From: Bacillales bacterium UBA5026
GTDB taxonomy: Bacteria; Bacillota_I; Bacilli_A; RF39; UBA660
Assembly: GCA_002416285.1 (NCBI GenBank)
Contig: DICM01000002.1
Coordinates: forward strand, 4,288-68,287
Direction of reading: 5' to 3'
DNA: 64,000 bases
Shown: positions 44,155 to 54,790 of the stretch, in pieces
Position numbering within the stretch: the first letter of the stretch is position 1
How the letters are laid out: every line of letters begins with the position of its first letter
Notes under the pieces: model-generated
What the model saw: only the letters and a program-made list of their open reading frames with translations
The model's database searches: none
Told to the model about the DNA's origin: nothing
Translations under genes and position numbers: made by a program

Positions 44155-45513
44155 CTAGTTATCCTTTTGAAATTGAAAAGAATAATAATGGGTTTTATAA
44201 GAATAAATTTTATTTTGTCCTATAATATTATTTAATTGTTCAAGTAAATTTTCTTCTTCCTTGTTTAAAATAGAGAACCAATTGAAAGTAGATGTATGTT
44301 TATATCCATTGTTTAAAAATAATGTATTAATATCTTCTATCGTAAAATTATTTTTATTATATTTCGGAAAATTGTTATTAAAATACCAATTGTCTTTTAA
44401 TAACTCTAAAATCATCTTATGACTTGAAATATTGCTAATTTCTCCAATAATAAAACCGTCTTTCTTTAAATATTTCTTGATATCTTGTAAGAACATATCC
44501 GGATGATCTACTTTTTCTAATAAATTCCCAATAATAATATAATCGTAATCATTTTCTTTTAATTCATCGTAACTTTGAAATACATTTCCAAAATATTTTG
44601 CAAATTTAGCCATATTTTCATTTGATTCGATACCATCTATTTCTGAATTTTTATAATCATTTTTAATTTTAAGCATAGTTGTTCCAATACCACAATTAAC
44701 ATCTAAAAATCTTAATGATTTTTCTTTATCATCTTTTAAAATTCTGAGAGATGCATGTTTAATCTCATCAAATTGAAATGTATTAAATCCCCATCTACTT
44801 TCAAAGTAAGTACGATTTTTATAGAGAATTGGATAAAATTTATTTAAATCTTTTCGAAAAGCTGTACCTAAATAATGATGTATAAATGAATCGTGACAAA
44901 GCATTAATTTATATCCCGCATCTATAATTCGAAGAGATAGATCGTTATCTTCTACATATCCTGGCGAGTATTCTTCATCTAATAGTCCAATTTTATTTAA
45001 TACATCACGCTTTATTAAAATGCAAAAACCAATTAAAAATACTTTTTCTTCCCATCTGTTTGAATCAGATATATTATTTTTTATTGCAAGTTCCTGCATC
45101 TCCATAAAATCACTATAAGTGAAATCTACACCCTGTAAATTTTCTTGGTGATTGGAAACAGAGCCAACTGCACCTACCAAATCATTACTATAGAGACATA
45201 TTTTTAAATTTTCTAACCAATTAGTTGTAACGATTGTATCATTATTTAAAAGTAGAATATCATTATCAGGATTTGCAATTTCTATTCCTTGGTTACATCC
45301 TTTTGGGAATCCCATATTTTCATCATTTAAAATGACTTTTAAATCCTTTTGCTTCTTTAACCAATCTCTTGTTCCGTCTGTAGATAAATTATCGACAACA
45401 ATAATTTCATATGAATTTTTTTTGGTATATTTTTTTATACTCTCAATACAATCCTTTGTGTAATTAAAATTATTATAAGTGAGAATGACAATTGAAGTTT
45501 TTCTTTTCTTCAT
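44155..45513 (-). CDS. bifunctional-looking glycosyltransferase family 2 (N) + class I SAM-dependent methyltransferase (C)
   Basis: The N-terminal part has TSIVILTYNNFNYTKDCIESI...IIVVDNLSTDGT...NMGFPKGCNQG...EDNDLSLR. The C-terminal part has FLDVNCGIGTT (motif I) ...DYIIIGNLLEKV. Confidence 0.8.
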   Translation of the reverse strand: MKKRKTSIVILTYNNFNYTKDCIESIKKYTKKNSYEIIVVDNLSTDGTRDWLKKQKDLKVILNDENMGFPKGCNQGIEIANPDNDILLLNNDTIVTTNWLENLKICLYSNDLVGAVGSVSNHQENLQGVDFTYSDFMEMQELAIKNNISDSNRWEEKVFLIGFCILIKRDVLNKIGLLDEEYSPGYVEDNDLSLRIIDAGYKLMLCHDSFIHHYLGTAFRKDLNKFYPILYKNRTYFESRWGFNTFQFDEIKHASLRILKDDKEKSLRFLDVNCGIGTTMLKIKNDYKNSEIDGIESNENMAKFAKYFGNVFQSYDELKENDYDYIIIGNLLEKVDHPDMFLQDIKKYLKKDGFIIGEISNISSHKMILELLKDNWYFNNNFPKYNKNNFTIEDINTLFLNNGYKHTSTFNWFSILNKEEENLLEQLNNIIGQNKIYSYKTHYYSFQFQKDN

Positions 45514-45696
45514 TTTAATCCCCCTTTATTCTCTCTATAATATATGTAGATATTGCTATTTCGGTTAGAAAATAATATACTTATATTAAGAGATAGAGTG
45601 GTAGTTTATAGAACATTAAAACTATCATGAACGCGTTAATATCTCAATAAAAAATGATAAGGATATATTGGAAATGTTAGAAAGGTAAAAGGAATT

Positions 45697-46242
45697 ATGA
45701 AATTATTGTTTATTTCGGATATACATGGTATTCCAGAAAATTTAACAAAGATCAATCAAATAATCAAATTAGAAAATATTGATAAGTTAGTCGTACTTGG
45801 GGATTTATATTATGCTGGTCCTAACTTTGCTTGTAGTGAAGAAGTGAATATAGAGGCTGTAAAGAACTTTTTAATGTCTTATCAGGATCGTATTATTTGT
45901 TTACGGGGAAACTGCGACTCTGATGTGGATGTAAAAGTTAGTGATTTTCCTATTTGTGATAATCTAGCGCTCATTCACGTAGATGATATTGATGTTTATT
46001 GTACCCATGGAAACGAATATAATATTGATAAAAGTAGTAAGTTTAATCGGAAAGGAATATTAGTTTACGGTCATGAACATTATCCTTATATCAGAAAGAA
46101 GTATGATATGGTTTATATTAATACAGGTTCTATTTCATTACCGAGAAACGGAAGTGAACCAAGTTATTTAATTTATGAAGATAGAAAATTTATGTTATAT
46201 ACAATTCATGATGAATTAATTGATATGATTGAGATAAAATGA
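45697..46242 (+). CDS. YfcE/MJ0936-family metallophosphoesterase
   Basis: LLFISDIHG...VVLGDLYY...LRGNCD...THGNEY...GHEHYP. Confidence 0.85.
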   Translation: MKLLFISDIHGIPENLTKINQIIKLENIDKLVVLGDLYYAGPNFACSEEVNIEAVKNFLMSYQDRIICLRGNCDSDVDVKVSDFPICDNLALIHVDDIDVYCTHGNEYNIDKSSKFNRKGILVYGHEHYPYIRKKYDMVYINTGSISLPRNGSEPSYLIYEDRKFMLYTIHDELIDMIEIK

Positions 46243-46367
46243 GCTTTAAAAAGTTCATTTTTTGTTTCACAAAATATCCACCATAATTTTATATTCCTAC
46301 CCATATACTTAATATATAAAATAATAAATTAGAAATTTTAACTTTCCTTATAGAAGGTAGGTGAACC

Positions 46368-47933
46368 ATGAAAAAGATTGTCATTGCAATTATTATCTTA
46401 ACGGTATTTAGTCTTGCTTGGTATATATTGAAACCGCCACCACTAGACAATAAAGTGTTAGATTCTAATACAACGATAAATAATAAAATTACTAAAGTAA
46501 CTTTGTCGGAAAGTTTAACGATTACAGAAGCGGGTATCTACGAATTAACAGGACAGATTAAGGACGGGTTAATAACGGTTCATACCGATGGAAAAGTAAT
46601 ATTAGTTTTAAATAATGTTACAATTAAAAATTCGAAAGGTCCAGCTATTTATGTTGAACAATCAGAAGCGACAACGATTGAATTAACGGGAGGCAGTATC
46701 AATCAATTAACGGATAGTGATAGTTACAGCATCTATAAAGAAGATGTAAATGGCACAATTTTTAGTAGGAATAATCTCATCATCACCGGCAAGGGAACCT
46801 TAAAAGTAAATGCTGATTATAAAAATGGGATTGTTAGTGAAGGCCCATTAACAATTGAAAGTGGAACAATTGAAATAGATGCTTTAGAAGATGGAATTCA
46901 GAGCTTGGATAATATAATTATCAAAGATGGGATTATTAACATAAATAGTGCAGGAAACGGTATTAGAACAGTAAATGATACCCATACAGAAATTGGATAT
47001 ATTCAAATTGAAAACGGAGCTTTTAATATTCGTGCAACTTTAGATGGAATCCAGGCAACTACTTACTTATCAATCAAAAATGGAATATTCGATATTCGAA
47101 CAGGAAACGGATCATCTATTGCGTGGACGAATCAAACAATCAGTGCAAAAGCTTTAAAATCAAAGAAAAATTTAATAATTGAAAATGGATCATTTACAAT
47201 TGATTCAGCCGATGATGCAATTCATACCAATAGTAGTTTATCAATTATTGATGGAGCATTTCATATATCCTCGGGTGATGATGGTATTCATGCTGATGAT
47301 ACCATTATTATTAATAATGGAACAATTGCAATTATGAAAAGTTATGAAGGAATTGAAGCAGCTAGTATAAACATCAATGGTGGATCAATTACAATCACAG
47401 CTAGTGATGACGGAATTAATGTCGGTGGAGGAAGTGATAGTTCTTCGCAAAGCGGAAGAGCAGGGCAGAATCAGTTTAGTACTTCCATCAAATATAAATT
47501 AACACTGAATAGTGGAATGATCGAAATTGATGCATCAGGAGATGGACTTGATGCGAATGGAAACATCTATATTAATGGTGGGGAAATTTATGTAAATAGT
47601 TCAACGAATGATGAAAAAAGAGAACTTGATAGTGAGTATGTCATTACTGGTGGAACTCTAATGACAATAGGGACAAATCGAATCTCAGAAACTACTACAA
47701 ATCTATCAACTCAATTGACAATTATTCTATCTACAGCAATAAAAAGTAACGACAAGATTGTTATTACTGATTCTAAAGATAATGAACTCTTTGAATACAC
47801 GACAAAAAAACAATCGGAATCGATTGTTTATAGTAGTCCATTATTAAAGCTAAATGAGAGGTATAAATTAAAAATCAATGATGCAGTCATAAAAACATTT
47901 AATATCAGTTCTAATACTACTGTTGTTGAATAA
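46368..47933 (+). CDS. membrane-anchored beta-helix protein, Cthe_2159-like carbohydrate-binding family
   Basis: N-terminal TM anchor, then many degenerate repeats: xDGIxS, ADDAIHTN, GDDGIHAD, SYEGIEA, SDDGINVGGG, GDGLDANG. Confidence 0.55.
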   Translation: MKKIVIAIIILTVFSLAWYILKPPPLDNKVLDSNTTINNKITKVTLSESLTITEAGIYELTGQIKDGLITVHTDGKVILVLNNVTIKNSKGPAIYVEQSEATTIELTGGSINQLTDSDSYSIYKEDVNGTIFSRNNLIITGKGTLKVNADYKNGIVSEGPLTIESGTIEIDALEDGIQSLDNIIIKDGIININSAGNGIRTVNDTHTEIGYIQIENGAFNIRATLDGIQATTYLSIKNGIFDIRTGNGSSIAWTNQTISAKALKSKKNLIIENGSFTIDSADDAIHTNSSLSIIDGAFHISSGDDGIHADDTIIINNGTIAIMKSYEGIEAASININGGSITITASDDGINVGGGSDSSSQSGRAGQNQFSTSIKYKLTLNSGMIEIDASGDGLDANGNIYINGGEIYVNSSTNDEKRELDSEYVITGGTLMTIGTNRISETTTNLSTQLTIILSTAIKSNDKIVITDSKDNELFEYTTKKQSESIVYSSPLLKLNERYKLKINDAVIKTFNISSNTTVVE

Positions 47934-47993
47934 ATCGACACTTTGGATCATTAAAATAATGATCCTTTTTCATAGAAAAAAGGCAACTTGCCT

Positions 47994-48986
47994 TTATATC
48001 CAAACCCCATAGATAATTGCTAACATAGAAGCAATGGCGCCAATAATCCAAAATAACCGAACAATATCGCGTTCTTCCCAGCCCCATTTTTCAAAAGTAT
48101 GGTGAATAGGAGTCATCGGGAAAAACCTTTTTTTGGTAAACTTATAATAGACTCTTTGAATAATACAAGTTAATGTTTCAATTACAAATACAATTCCAAT
48201 TAATACAAGTAATAATTCATGTCTTGTTAAAATAGCAATCGCACCGAGTGTGGCACCGAGAGCCAAACTTCCCGTATCACCCATAAATATTTTTGCGGGA
48301 CTAGCGTTAAAGACTAAGAACCCCAGTAGAGCACCCACTAAAACAAAGCAGAAAAGAGCAATTTCTTCATAACCTTCCAGCCAACCTGCTGCATAACTGA
48401 TAATTCCAAATGTCCCAAAGGCAATTACCGATAGCCCCCCTGCAAGTCCGTCTAATCCATCGGTTAAGTTGACCGCATTTGAACTTGCCACTAAGACGAA
48501 TAAGATGAATAATCCGTAGAACCAACCGATATTCCACTTGATATGTAAACTATGGACCCAAATAAGAGACTCATTTCCAGCTAACATAAATAAATAGAAG
48601 AATGCGACTGCAACAACAATTTGTAATAATAATTTTGCTGTTTCGGTAAGACCCTTATTATTATGTCTTAAAATAATAAGATAATCATCTAAGAATCCAA
48701 TGAAGGAATAGCTGAGAAATGTTAATAGAACAATTCCTAAATGATAACTGAAATTAATTCTATCAAATAGTAGAAGTAAAAGGAAAGTTCCTAAAGTGGA
48801 TCCTATAAAGATAAGTCCACCCATAGTAGGAGTTCCAGCTTTTTTTTCATGAGTTCTACTTAAATACACACTAAGACTTTGATTCGCTTTTCTCTTCTTT
48901 AAGTATGGTACTAATATAATTCCTAAAATTAAAGCAAACAGAAAACCAGTCATTAATGCTAGTACTGCTTTTGTAAGATGCAACAT
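47994..48986 (-). CDS. mraY: phospho-N-acetylmuramoyl-pentapeptide transferase
   Basis: HEKKAGTPTMGG...SNAVNLTDGLDGLA...FMGDTGSLALG...PIHHTFE. Confidence 0.95.
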   Translation of the reverse strand: MLHLTKAVLALMTGFLFALILGIILVPYLKKRKANQSLSVYLSRTHEKKAGTPTMGGLIFIGSTLGTFLLLLLFDRINFSYHLGIVLLTFLSYSFIGFLDDYLIILRHNNKGLTETAKLLLQIVVAVAFFYLFMLAGNESLIWVHSLHIKWNIGWFYGLFILFVLVASSNAVNLTDGLDGLAGGLSVIAFGTFGIISYAAGWLEGYEEIALFCFVLVGALLGFLVFNASPAKIFMGDTGSLALGATLGAIAILTRHELLLVLIGIVFVIETLTCIIQRVYYKFTKKRFFPMTPIHHTFEKWGWEERDIVRLFWIIGAIASMLAIIYGVWI

Positions 48987-48995
48987 ACATTCCTC

Positions 48996-50900
48996 CTATC
49001 CGAGTAATAACCGAATGGTTTCACCTTCATAGATACGTTCTCCAGCACTTGGAGATTGATAGATGACATTATCTCCAGTACCACTATATTCGACTTTAAA
49101 CTTCGTTAGTTCTTTTCCAGCATCTGTTCTACCTTTTCCGGTAACATCTGGTACCGTTGCGTATTTGCGATCTAAGTAGTTATAATTTTTTTCACTGGCA
49201 CCTTCAGGTTTCTCAATTCCTAAAATACTAATACAGTCCTGTAAGATACTTCTTGCTATTGGAGCAGCGACAGTACCACCGAATTGACTAATTCCTTTCG
49301 CATTATCAATCGCTATATAAACGACTACTTCCGGATCATTTGCTGGTAAGAATCCCATGAACGATACAATATAATTTCCAACCATGTAGGCCCCATTTTG
49401 CACTTTTTGAGCAGTTCCTGTTTTCCCACCGACACGATAGCCATCTATGAAAGCATTTCTACCAGTTCCATTGGTTACGACACTTTCTAGGGCCATTCTT
49501 ACTTCTTCACTGGTCTTGTCGGTAATAACTTTACGAACAATTGTTGGTTCAAATTTTTGGATAACAGCATTTGTTTCTGGCTCATTAATACTCTTTACAA
49601 TATAAGGCTTGTATAAATATCCCCCGTTGATAGCAGCGGATACCGCAGTAATTTGCTGAATCGGAGTGACAGAAACACCTTGACCAAAGGCTGTTGTAGC
49701 AAGTTCGACAGGACCAACTCTATCTAAAGAAAACAGAATACCGTTACTCTCCCCATTTAAATCAACTTCAGTTTTTTGTCCAAATCCAAAGGAGTTAATA
49801 TAAGAGAATAATTTATCTTTTCCAAGACGTTGACCTAAAACGACAAAGCCGGGGTTGCAGGAATTTTCAACAACCTGTAAGAATGTCTGTGAACCATGTC
49901 CTCCATGTTTCCAACATTTAATCCGGGCATTTTCAACTTGAATACTACCAGTATCATAGTAGGTATCTTTTTCTAAATCTACGACATTTTCTTCTAGGGA
50001 TGCTGCTAAAGTAATTATTTTAAACGTAGAACCTGGTTCATATGTCGCCCAAATTGGTAAGTTTCTATTTATTTCTTCAATGGTGTAATTTTGGTAATTA
50101 CTCGGTTCAAAGTTAGGTCGAGCTGACATTGCTAAAATTTCTCCGGTTTTGGGATTCATGACCATTCCCAGTGCTTGCTCTGGTCGATATTTATTGACAG
50201 CATTATTTAATTCTCGCTCCAAAGCAGCTTGAATCTCATAATTTACGGTTAAAGTAATATTCATACCATTTTGTGGTTCTTCATAACTTTCCGTTAATTC
50301 TAATTTGTTTCCTTTCGCATCAGAAGCATATTTGATTGCTCCATATTCGCCAGTTAAATAGTCGTCGTAAATTAATTCCAAACCACTTAATCCTTGGTTG
50401 TCGATTCCTACAAAACCAAGGGTATGAGATAGTAACGTGTTGTAAGGATAATAACGTTTGGATTCTTTGACTAAATAAACACCATCTATCTTTAATTCAC
50501 TAATTTTATCAGCTGTTTCATAATCTAAACGTCTTCCTTCTGGATGAACACGTTCCATGGAAGTCTTTTTACTAACATGGGCATACATATCATCGTAGGA
50601 AACATTTAAAATTTCCGCTAGTTTTTTAGCAGTCGTCTCTTTATCTTTTATTTGATTCGGGATCAATACTAAAGAAGTAGTCGTTTTATTATCCGCTAAT
50701 ACCACTCCGTTTGAATCGGTAATTTTTCCACGATCTGCTTCGATTGGTAAATTTCGGTTCCATAAAGAAGCTGCCAGTTTATTTAACTTGTCATAATCAA
50801 TCACTTGAGTATAAAACACTTTACCAATAATCAGTAAAAAACAAAATAATAAAATACAAAGTACAATACGAATACGAATATGCGTTTTTTTGAAAAACAT
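48996..50900 (-). CDS. class B penicillin-binding protein (FtsI/PBP2B/SpoVD type) with one C-terminal PASTA domain
   Basis: N-terminal TM, then STFK (GSTFKIITL), SCN, KTGTA (GGKTGTAQK), and a PASTA-like tail VPDVTGK... Confidence 0.9.
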   Translation of the reverse strand: MFFKKTHIRIRIVLCILLFCFLLIIGKVFYTQVIDYDKLNKLAASLWNRNLPIEADRGKITDSNGVVLADNKTTTSLVLIPNQIKDKETTAKKLAEILNVSYDDMYAHVSKKTSMERVHPEGRRLDYETADKISELKIDGVYLVKESKRYYPYNTLLSHTLGFVGIDNQGLSGLELIYDDYLTGEYGAIKYASDAKGNKLELTESYEEPQNGMNITLTVNYEIQAALERELNNAVNKYRPEQALGMVMNPKTGEILAMSARPNFEPSNYQNYTIEEINRNLPIWATYEPGSTFKIITLAASLEENVVDLEKDTYYDTGSIQVENARIKCWKHGGHGSQTFLQVVENSCNPGFVVLGQRLGKDKLFSYINSFGFGQKTEVDLNGESNGILFSLDRVGPVELATTAFGQGVSVTPIQQITAVSAAINGGYLYKPYIVKSINEPETNAVIQKFEPTIVRKVITDKTSEEVRMALESVVTNGTGRNAFIDGYRVGGKTGTAQKVQNGAYMVGNYIVSFMGFLPANDPEVVVYIAIDNAKGISQFGGTVAAPIARSILQDCISILGIEKPEGASEKNYNYLDRKYATVPDVTGKGRTDAGKELTKFKVEYSGTGDNVIYQSPSAGERIYEGETIRLLLG

Positions 50901-51012
50901 AAGATCACCTGATTTATTTTATGTACAAGTTGTCTTGTATAGAACGGATTCTTTTGATTAGAAATATTTAAAAGATATTTTTTAATAGTAATAAAAATAT
51001 AGTAATGGATAG

Positions 51013-51034
51013 TAAAAAAGACCGACGTCTTTTA
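51013..51034 (-). terminator. terminator after the SEDS gene
   Basis: AAAAGAC pairs with GTCTTTT around a 4-nt loop (51016-33). A T-run follows on the minus strand. The hairpin overlaps the stop codon. Confidence 0.55.
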
Positions 51035-52123
51035 TTTTTGATATCTACTAATATTGAGTAAAATTCCCATGCCAGAGAGTGTAATGAGTAAACTAGATCC
51101 CCCGTAACTTAGAAATGGTAAAGTAACTCCTGTAACTGGAATTAATCCAACGACAACCATAAGATTTAAAACTGCCTGAAACGCTAATCCAAAAGTAATC
51201 CCAAAAGCCAAGAATTTACCAAATGGTTCTTTACATTTGCTTGCAATCCTTAAACCCCTTGTAATAATTAAGATAAATAGACTAGAAACAATTAATACGC
51301 CCATAAAACCAAATTCTTCACTGATAATCGAAAAGATAAAATCAGTTTGTGGTTCTGGTAAATAGAAATGTTTTTGTCTGGAATTTAAAAAACCATATCC
51401 AAACAGTCCACCTGGACCAATCGCATAGAGAGATTGAATAATTTGAAATCCACTTCCTAGAGGATCACTCCATGGATTTAGAAAAGATAAAATTCTAGCA
51501 AGACGATAGGGAGCTACTGCGATTAGACCAACAATTCCAGCAGCACCAACACCGGCTAATGATAGGAAAAAACGGAAGGGAACTCCACCCACAAAAAGAA
51601 GTCCAACTACTGTAACAAGAAGAATCATACCTGTTCCAAAATCTGGTTGCAACATAATGAGTCCAAAAACCAATAATGCAAGTCCTAAAATTGGCAGAAC
51701 TCCTTTTTTGATATTTCTCAAATCCTTCTGGTGATTACATAAGTATTTTGCTGTAAAAATAATCAAAGCTAATTTTGTAAACTCACTTGGTTGAATACCA
51801 AAAGAACCGATTCCAAACCAGCTTCTACTACCATTACGAACAGTACCGATACCGGGAATTAGTACTAAAATTAAAAGTAAAATACAGGCTCCTAAAATAT
51901 GATTACAATGCTTATAATATTTTTCATATGGTATTTTTGAGATTGTGTACATAAAAATGAGACCTATCATAAAGAAGAGTCCTTGATGTTTTACAAATTT
52001 AAAAGGATCATTAAATTTATATTCTGCCCATACATAGGAAGAGGAGTACACCATAATGATCCCAAAAATGGAAATTACTAAAATTGCTATTAAGAGTAAA
52101 TAATCAAAACTTTTCTGTTTCAA
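51032..52123 (-). CDS. SEDS-family peptidoglycan polymerase (FtsW/RodA/SpoVE)
   Basis: 10 TM segments with GSRSWF...IQPSEF.KL...QPDFGT...PEPQTDFIF...LPFLSYGGSS. Confidence 0.9.
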   Translation of the reverse strand: MKQKSFDYLLLIAILVISIFGIIMVYSSSYVWAEYKFNDPFKFVKHQGLFFMIGLIFMYTISKIPYEKYYKHCNHILGACILLLILVLIPGIGTVRNGSRSWFGIGSFGIQPSEFTKLALIIFTAKYLCNHQKDLRNIKKGVLPILGLALLVFGLIMLQPDFGTGMILLVTVVGLLFVGGVPFRFFLSLAGVGAAGIVGLIAVAPYRLARILSFLNPWSDPLGSGFQIIQSLYAIGPGGLFGYGFLNSRQKHFYLPEPQTDFIFSIISEEFGFMGVLIVSSLFILIITRGLRIASKCKEPFGKFLAFGITFGLAFQAVLNLMVVVGLIPVTGVTLPFLSYGGSSLLITLSGMGILLNISRYQK

Positions 52124-52244
52124 GCGGACTCCTCCTTACATAGTTTATTTTATGATGAACGGAAAAAAATTAGGACAAACAATTTTAAACATGTCTTAAA
52201 GTTGAATCTTTTGAATAGAATGAAGCAAAAAGGAGGAATTTTGG

Positions 52245-52865
52245 ATGGATGATATGGAATACATTCGATTACAATTAAAAAAGAAAAAGCAAAAAAGTAG
52301 TACCCCAATAAAGAAGATACAAAAGAGCTGGTGGGTAAGACCAGTTAGTTATTTTTTAGTTACAGTTTTAGTAACACTCATTACATTAATTGTGTTAAAA
52401 GGCAGCCCTAAGGCAAAAACGTGGTTTTATAATCATGTTTATAATACCAATTTTTCTTTCGCATCGATTAACAATTGGTACGAAAAGACATTTGGAAGTC
52501 CAATTCCTTTTCAAGATATTATTAAAAAGGCTGACACCAAAACAGTTTTTCAAGAAAAATTAGCCTACAGTAAGAAAGAAAAATATGAAGATGGTGCGAA
52601 ATTACAGGTGGCAGAAAATTACTTAGTACCAAGTATTGAAAGTGGAATGGTTGTCTATATCGGTGAGAAAGAGGGATACGGAAATACTGTTATTATCCAA
52701 CAGATTAATGGAGTCGATGTCTGGTATGGAAATATGAAAAACAACAATGTAAAACTTTATGATTATGTTGAAAAAGGAAGTCTAGTAGGGGAAGCAAAGG
52801 ATAAAATACTGTATTTAGTCTTCAAAAAAGAAGGAAATGCTTTATCATATGAAGATTATCTCTAA
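52245..52865 (+). CDS. membrane-anchored degenerate LytM/M23 domain protein (SpoIVFA-like)
   Basis: One TM, then the M23 core GMVVYIGEKEGYGNTVIIQQINGVDVWYGNM...VEKGSLVG. All catalytic His are replaced (Q/N, LYLVF). The position upstream of an M50 protease and rplU matches Bacillus spoIVFA. Confidence 0.6.
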   Translation: MDDMEYIRLQLKKKKQKSSTPIKKIQKSWWVRPVSYFLVTVLVTLITLIVLKGSPKAKTWFYNHVYNTNFSFASINNWYEKTFGSPIPFQDIIKKADTKTVFQEKLAYSKKEKYEDGAKLQVAENYLVPSIESGMVVYIGEKEGYGNTVIIQQINGVDVWYGNMKNNNVKLYDYVEKGSLVGEAKDKILYLVFKKEGNALSYEDYL

Positions 52866-53589
52866 AATTGAGATCCATCCATTTACCTATTTTGTTTTGA
52901 TTTTGACTATTTTAACTGGACATTTTCACGATTCGGCAATGCTTGCAATACTGTTTTCTATTCATGAACTTGGCCATATTTTAGCGGCTCTTTATTTTAG
53001 ATGGAATATCGAAAAAATCCGTTTTTTACCTTTTGGTGGTGTAACTATTTTTCACGAGGACATCAATCGACCAACGAGGGAAGAATGGTGGATTGTTGTC
53101 ATGGGACCATTATTTCAAACTTTTGCCTATTTTTTGTTCTGCCCTTTTTTTGGAGAACAATTTCTCTATTACCATCTTTTTTTCTTTGGATTTAATCTTT
53201 TACCGATCGTTCCCCTAGATGGCTCAAAAATAGTAACACTTATTTTAGAACGATTTTTTTCTTTTTCAAACAGTCACATAGGAATCGTCTATCTATCCAT
53301 TTTTTTTACTTCGCTTTTCTTTTTCTATGCAGTGATACTTCATAATTTAGTACTTGTTTTAGCGTTCTTTTTCCTATTTTGTCAAACTTGGAAAGAAGAG
53401 CGAAAACATCAACTTTTATGTGAGCGATTTTTCTTAGAGCGTTATTTAAAAAATAGAACATTTCGGAAAAACACTTATGTGAAAGGACGCGATCCTTATA
53501 AAATGAAACGCGATTACAAACATTTTTTTCGCGAAAATGGGAACTATTATACAGAAAGAGAAGTTTTGAAGGAATATTTTGAAGGTTAG
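52837..53589 (+). CDS. site-2 (M50) intramembrane metalloprotease, SpoIVFB-like, no CBS domain
   Basis: HELGH sits in TM2 (FSIHELGHILAA), with NLLPIVPLDGSKI as the second motif. An alternative start at 52849 exists. The gene overlaps the upstream one. Confidence 0.75.
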   Translation: MLYHMKIISKIEIHPFTYFVLILTILTGHFHDSAMLAILFSIHELGHILAALYFRWNIEKIRFLPFGGVTIFHEDINRPTREEWWIVVMGPLFQTFAYFLFCPFFGEQFLYYHLFFFGFNLLPIVPLDGSKIVTLILERFFSFSNSHIGIVYLSIFFTSLFFFYAVILHNLVLVLAFFFLFCQTWKEERKHQLLCERFFLERYLKNRTFRKNTYVKGRDPYKMKRDYKHFFRENGNYYTEREVLKEYFEG

Positions 53590-53601
53590 AGAGTAAAAAG
53601 G

Positions 53602-53630
53602 TTTACAAATAAAGAGAAGTGTGATAAAAT
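53602..53630 (+). promoter_or_regulatory. promoter of the rplU operon (TTTACA-17-TAAAAT, TG-extended)
   Basis: TTTACA at 53602-07 and TGATAAAAT at 53622-30. Confidence 0.55.
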
Positions 53631-53636
53631 TTATTA

Positions 53637-53728
53637 CTGTGTAGGGCCTCACTCTACAACCGCTCAGAAAAGGTTTAAACGCAAAGTACCTTAATGGTGA
53701 GTCTTAGAATTTTATAAGGAGGTTATTT
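53637..53728 (+). promoter_or_regulatory. structured rplU leader (position and pairing consistent with the Firmicute L21-leader element)
   Basis: The roughly 90-nt 5' UTR has CTCAC/GTGAG and AAGGT/ACCTT pairings directly before the AAGGAGG RBS. Not verified against a covariance model. Confidence 0.4.
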
Positions 53729-54028
53729 ATGAAAGCTGTAATTGAAACAGGTGGAAAACAATACTACGTTGAAGAAGGTACAGAACTATATGTTGAAAAA
53801 TTAGATGCTGCTGCTGGAGAAAACGTTGTATTAGATCAAGTTTTAATGGCAAACGGTGTTGTTGGTCATCCTTATGTTAAAGGAGCAACAGTTACTGCTA
53901 AAGTCGTAAAACATGGCAAAAACAAAAAAATCATTGTTTATAAGTACAACCAAAAGAAAAACTATCGTAGAAAACAAGGACATCGTCAACCATATACTAA
54001 AATTGTTATTGAAAAAATTAGCGCTTAA
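53729..54028 (+). CDS. rplU: 50S ribosomal protein L21
   Basis: [17 protein letters not shown]...[31 protein letters not shown]. Confidence 0.97.
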   Translation: MKAVIETGGKQYYVEEGTELYVEKLDAAAGENVVLDQVLMANGVVGHPYVKGATVTAKVVKHGKNKKIIVYKYNQKKNYRRKQGHRQPYTKIVIEKISA

Positions 54029-54342
54029 TGACAACTATCACGGTTAAAAAAAAGAGTGCGATTGAAAGTATAGTAATCAGTGGACACAGTGGATATAAAA
54101 GTGAGGGAAGCGATATTGTATGTGCTTCAATAAGTTCCATGGTTATTACTACGGTCAATGCCTGTTTAAAAGTTGATGAGACTTCGATTGACTATGAAAA
54201 GAAAAATGGATTTGTAAAAATCGATATTCAAAAACAAGATTCGATGGTTATTCTTTTAATTGAAAATATGATTTCTTTATTAGAAGAACTTGCAAGTCAA
54301 TATCCAAAATATGTAAAAGTGACGGAGGAGGTGTATCTATGA
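54028..54342 (+). CDS. prp: ribosomal-processing cysteine protease Prp (YsxB)
   Basis: [21 protein letters not shown] carries the His/Cys dyad. 104 aa, located between rplU and rpmA. Confidence 0.88.
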   Translation: MTTITVKKKSAIESIVISGHSGYKSEGSDIVCASISSMVITTVNACLKVDETSIDYEKKNGFVKIDIQKQDSMVILLIENMISLLEELASQYPKYVKVTEEVYL

Positions 54343-54629
54343 ATAAATTAATGTTTTTAGATATTCAAGTTTTCGCTCATAAAAAAGGACAAGGTTCTAC
54401 TAAGAATGGTCGAGATTCAATTTCAAAACGTTTAGGTGCGAAAGCAGCTGACGGAGAATATGTATCTGGTGGTTCTATTTTATATCGTCAACGCGGAACT
54501 AAAATTTATCCAGGTAAAAATGTTGGTATCGGATCTGATGATACGGTATACGCAAAAATCGATGGATATGTAAAATTTGAACGTGTTGGTAGAGATCGGA
54601 AACAAGTAAGTATTTATCCTGAAATTTAA
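54339..54629 (+). CDS. rpmA: 50S ribosomal protein L27 with an N-terminal Prp-cleaved extension
   Basis: [13 protein letters not shown]|[14 protein letters not shown]...[16 protein letters not shown]. The xxFFA/S-KKG type cleavage motif is present. Confidence 0.97.
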   Translation: MNKLMFLDIQVFAHKKGQGSTKNGRDSISKRLGAKAADGEYVSGGSILYRQRGTKIYPGKNVGIGSDDTVYAKIDGYVKFERVGRDRKQVSIYPEI

Positions 54630-54649
54630 TGGATAATTGCAAATAACAA

Positions 54650-54683
54650 ACAAAAACTTGACAAATGAGGACAAAAACTTGAC
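54650..54683 (+). repeat. 13-nt direct repeat ACAAAAACTTGAC x2 (each containing a TTGAC -35-like box)
   Basis: Copies lie at 54650-62 and 54671-83. The second also forms the weak rpmA terminator stem ACAAAAA/TTTTTGT. Confidence 0.8.
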
Positions 54684-54707
54684 TTTTTGTTCTTTTTATT
54701 GTATATT
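54679..54707 (+). promoter_or_regulatory. promoter TTGACT-17-TATATT for the 12-codon mini-gene
   Basis: TTGACT at 54679-84, a 17-nt spacer, TATATT at 54702-07. Confidence 0.5.
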
Positions 54708-54744
54708 AAAAATGTGAATTGAAAAGGAAATGGAGGCATTTCAT

Positions 54745-54783
54745 ATGGGATGGTTCTTAAGATGTCTTTGCAGATTCTATTAA
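54745..54783 (+). CDS. 12-codon mini-ORF MGWFLRCLCRFY
   Basis: GGAGG lies 8 nt upstream. A stop is followed within 8 nt by a terminator, and the ORF has its own promoter. Coding status unproven. Confidence 0.3.
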   Translation: MGWFLRCLCRFY

Positions 54784-54790
54784 GATGTGA

